DNA from: Mayamaea pseudoterrestris
Lineage: Eukaryota
Length of the DNA stretch: 64,000 bases
Reading direction: 5' to 3'
Assembly: GCA_027923505.1 (NCBI GenBank)
Contig: BROI01000007.1
Coordinates: 744,001-808,000, forward strand
In this document: piece by piece, positions 60,376 to 64,000 of the stretch
How positions within the stretch are numbered: the stretch's first letter is position 1
Layout of the letters: every line of letters starts with the position of its first letter
Position numbers and translations under genes: made by a program
The notes under the pieces: generated by a model
Seen by the model: only the letters and a program-made list of their open reading frames with translations
Database searches by the model: none
What the model was told of the DNA's origin: nothing

Positions 60376-62587
60376 ATGAGCAGTTACGAAAGCAAGAAAA
60401 ACATGACTGTGAATGCAGTGGAGATTAGCGCTGGTGACTACTACAAAAGTTGGGTCGCCTACGACGCCCTTGTGCAGGCGTCGTCACAATCGTCCTTTCG
60501 ATCAGTTTGGAAGGTTTTGGCGTGCACTTGCTGCCCCGAGCCAACTTGCTGGGAGTCACAAGTTACTGAAATACTACCAGCGAACTTACTATCGCGAATT
60601 CGTTGGTATGACCATGCTCTTGGAGGTGAAAATGCTTGTTCGTCTGCAAATGCATCCACAAGTTCATTGTCATCTGCCGACTTGCACCAACTCCGCGAAC
60701 ACTTTGTATCGCATCATCAGCGAATCGAACTCATTCTAGTCGCCCTTCAGCCAAGTCTTGAGCGCATCTGCAGTCTTATGCGATACCAAATCGAGCAACA
60801 CGAGCAGTTGCAGCAGTTGAATCTTGTTGACGCTCGATTCATCGTGCAGGAATGCAAATACGCTTGCAATGGATGGGTTGCTGTCACGCATCTCATGCGA
60901 GGAGTAGCGAAACTGGATCGCATGAAATATTTGAAATATGTGACGTCTCTAGCGGGGGTCTCTGGTGGGAACTCGCCGAACATGATGGCGCTGACCCACA
61001 AAACTGGTTCTCTCGAGTCGTTCTTTGCCAGACTCTCGGATGAAACATTGTCGCAGCACATGAATAATCAGACACCTGTCGGTTTAGTTGCACAAGCCTT
61101 TATGGATTGCCTAGATGCTCTTTCGCGTTGCTGGCTCGATCACGTTGTCACGGCCACGACAGCCATTGGAATTACGCACGGAACCAAGGGCACGCCAAAT
61201 ACCATTTTAGTCGAGCGCGTACTACGACGCTTGCATGGGTCGCGACTTTTGAAGGCACTGGGGTCTTTGCGGACTCCCATGACAGGAACTGGAATTGAAA
61301 TGCGCCAGTTGCGCGATTATGAAACGTATCCATTGGCGGATCACTATGTTGCCTTGTTTGACGATGTAGGACCCGAGTTTGGAACGCACTCCATTGGATT
61401 TCCGCCGCGAATATTTGATGAGGCCAAGCGAGAGTTTGCCGAGATTCGGCGCTCGCAACGAACAAAACTTTGGGAGTACTTCTACAAGACGATTCGGCCA
61501 GCATATTGCCTTGAGCTAAAGCGGCTGCTTGTCGGAGTGGATGGAGAAGATTTTGCGTTTGGTATCGGACTTGGATCCAGCGTCACAGAAGTTTTGGCTC
61601 GACTCGTGGCTTCGATTCAACTACTTGTCAAGGCATCTGATCTGACGGTGTGGATGGCAGACGATGAGTTTGTCACGTTTCAGAGGGTCGCTGCTCTGTT
61701 GGGACAGTCTGGAGCGACAGTTCGACGTACTTCAATCTATGACGTAGTGGAGCAGTCCACTGCTAATTTACTTTCGCCTAGCGATGCGATGGGCGAGGAA
61801 AAGGAGGAACAAGAGCAAATTGAAAGGCTTGTGTTTGTTTCGCTCGTTAATTCATGTACACAGAAAGTCGTGTCGGTTGATTGGATTGAGCATGTACCGC
61901 TCAGTACTATTGTCGTATTGGACGTGACCCAAGCTGTGGCCAATCTACCGCTAACTTTGGGACCTGTAGTGGTTCGGCCAAATGTATTTCTGGTCGGATC
62001 ACTTATCAAGGTAAGCGAAGTGAAAGCTCGCATGTTACAGATTTGTGTGCATTCTCAAAAATTTTGCCATTGTCCAGCACGCCCGTTGTGGCGAAGGACT
62101 TGGATTTCTCACGTATCCGGCGGCAGAAATTGGCGTTATTGCTAGTCCGGCGAGCGGATGGACAGCATCACTCAGCGGGCTCGTCGAAAACGAGACGCTG
62201 GTGACTGGAACACACCAGCTCCTCTACGATGACGGTTTGGAGTGGGACGGCGGAACACCGTCCTGTGTTGAGGCGTCCTTTGTTGCAACCAGTGTTCTAA
62301 AAACCATGGCAAATGTGCAGTCGCAACATGACTATGTGCAAAATATCAAAATCGCCTTCCTTGCTCGCGTTCGAACGTTGCTCTCTGATTCGCAAGTGGC
62401 GGCGCTGTCGGATTCGAACACTATAGCCATTCCAGTCACCAAGATTGTTGAGAATCTTCCATTCGGACTGGATTACAAAATTGTGCATGGGGTGGCTTAT
62501 CTACGAATCGGCTTTGGCGTTCACAATCTCGATTACCATTTGGATGCGCTAGTGGAATTGCTGGAAGCAACGGGCATGCTTTCTTAA
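60376..62587 (+). CDS. Fusion of a tryptophan 2,3-dioxygenase-like heme domain and a PLP-dependent class V aminotransferase (kynureninase-like) domain; exons 60376-62010, 62078-62587 (714 aa)
   Basis: N-terminal half: EHFVSHHQRIEL, YLKYVTSLAGVSGGNS, WLDHVVTATTAIGITHGTKGT. C-terminal half: HSIGFPP, DEFVT, LDVTQAVANLP, GSLIK|HARCGEG, GW, GGTP, LRIGFGVHN. Phase-0 GT-AG intron at 62011-62077. Confidence 0.75.
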
Positions 62588-62680
62588 ATATAAACGTATG
62601 CAATACATGAATGAATGATGCGAAGCATGATTGACTATTTATTTATACACGAGGACCATAGTTTGAGTTATGTTCTGCCG

Positions 62681-64000
62681 CTACAAGAAATCCATCCACT
62701 CCTCAGCGTCGGCAGGCATCGCCCAAACCAACAGGTCGCGCGCGTCTTGTGTCCACTTTTTATAAATCTTTTTGGAAATGACTTGAACCTTTGCCAAACG
62801 ACACTGCTGTGATTGAAATTTCTCGAATGCATCCTTCTTCAGATTATTGAAGACGACGGCGACAACAGCCTTGCCATTTGCGTACACAGTCGAAAAGTCG
62901 GTTTGGTGCTCCTTGATTTTGCTTACCAATACAGACTTGAGCTTTAACACCACATTGATAATTTCGCCACGCTTGCCTCTTGTCTTTGGTGGGAGTATAT
63001 GATGATCGCTTGTGGACAAGCTTTCGGTCATTTCGGAGTGATTGCCCTTCGTCATGAACTTACGGTCGTAGACAAAAGCATGGGGCTTCCAGTCAATGTC
63101 GCGAAACGTCGTCGGCTCTTGAGCCAAGCACCACCCGATGATTAAATAATCTCTCTCGCCCATTGTCGGGAATGGCGCATCATCAATCGTAAGGTTGGAC
63201 TGCGAAGCAGCGGCAGATACAACTTTGTGCGGCACCACTGACAAAAACTCCAAGTCGACACCCTCTCGAGGAGGCATTGATGTTGCACCATCACTATTAA
63301 AAGGGTAATTGACTGCTGCACAATATACCATGAATAAGCAGAGTATCGTCACTGCAGCGACTAGAGCCAGTGCAATCAGTATCTTGCGAGTGCTGGCGAT
63401 GCGATCCGGCAAACCCAACGCGGCATTGGCCAGTGGATGCTTGTTTTCCAAACCATCAGCGACAAATGAGGCAATATTAGTAATGTTCCCATCCGAAGCT
63501 CCGTCCATGTCAAGGATAAAATCGCAGGGCGCCGTCGACCACTCTGGAAGCTCCACTGCCAGAGCTCCAACCACCGAGAAAGTACTTGACTCGCTTTCAT
63601 TTAGCTCCATGATTCGACCAACAAGCTCCTGTGGCGGCATTGCTTTCATGTAAACAAGCGCTTGTTGGACAATCTTCTCTGCGCTCTCCAAGTCATGCAA
63701 AGCACTTGCGACGACGTCCATGATCATCGACATTGACGTTCCATCATCTCGTTCGTCAACTCCATTCACCTTACTCAAGTCATCAAGCACCGTCATCATC
63801 TCCAGCACATCGTCACGGTAACCCGTCATGACAGCCATGCAGGCGTACGCGGAAAAGATAGGATGAGAGATCATGAATGCGTCCAGGAGACGAGCCGCCA
63901 CGGTCATATCCAGACCACTCAACCAGCTCCCATTCAACCAGTACTGGGCAAGTTGTATAGCAGCCATTTTACAGCGCCCACTAGTCTTGACGCGGTGATA
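62681..64000 (-). CDS. 5'-partial Rab-GAP TBC-domain protein (TBC1D20/Gyp8-like) with a TM segment
   Basis: W...WLS...AARLLDAFMISHPIFSAY resembles the TBC C-terminal part; the frame is open to the window end; TM ILIALALVAAVTILCLFMVY. Confidence 0.55.
   Translation of the reverse strand, partial: YHRVKTSGRCKMAAIQLAQYWLNGSWLSGLDMTVAARLLDAFMISHPIFSAYACMAVMTGYRDDVLEMMTVLDDLSKVNGVDERDDGTSMSMIMDVVASALHDLESAEKIVQQALVYMKAMPPQELVGRIMELNESESSTFSVVGALAVELPEWSTAPCDFILDMDGASDGNITNIASFVADGLENKHPLANAALGLPDRIASTRKILIALALVAAVTILCLFMVYCAAVNYPFNSDGATSMPPREGVDLEFLSVVPHKVVSAAASQSNLTIDDAPFPTMGERDYLIIGWCLAQEPTTFRDIDWKPHAFVYDRKFMTKGNHSEMTESLSTSDHHILPPKTRGKRGEIINVVLKLKSVLVSKIKEHQTDFSTVYANGKAVVAVVFNNLKKDAFEKFQSQQCRLAKVQVISKKIYKKWTQDARDLLVWAMPADAEEWMDFL

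Overview
Gene-dense eukaryotic nuclear DNA, most likely from a diatom. Evidence: short GT-AG introns, signal-peptide + F bipartite plastid leaders, a DUF6824-type protein, a diatom-type cyclin, expanded GT47/exostosin and ankyrin families, and a KxxK-rich silaffin-like protein. About 35 coding regions are supportable, including LIG1, glycine cleavage T protein, importin-4, FolD, a GH3 beta-glucosidase, NAPE-PLD, an SLC35B1-like transporter, a GPATCH1-like protein and a PEX4-like E2. No rRNA, tRNA, CRISPR array or intact transposon was recognised. The strongest candidate for an undescribed system is a two-exon gene at 60376-62587. It fuses a divergent tryptophan 2,3-dioxygenase-type heme domain to a PLP-dependent class V (kynureninase-like) domain, and the ORF track splits it in two at an intron next to the catalytic lysine. 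Other notable items: a PIGBOS1-like microprotein, a decayed CCB1 gene fragment, a 1-nt frameshift at the NAPE-PLD 3' end, and an apparent deletion junction joining a truncated PEX4-like E2 to the tail of a membrane-protein gene. All family assignments come from motif recognition by eye, not database searches.
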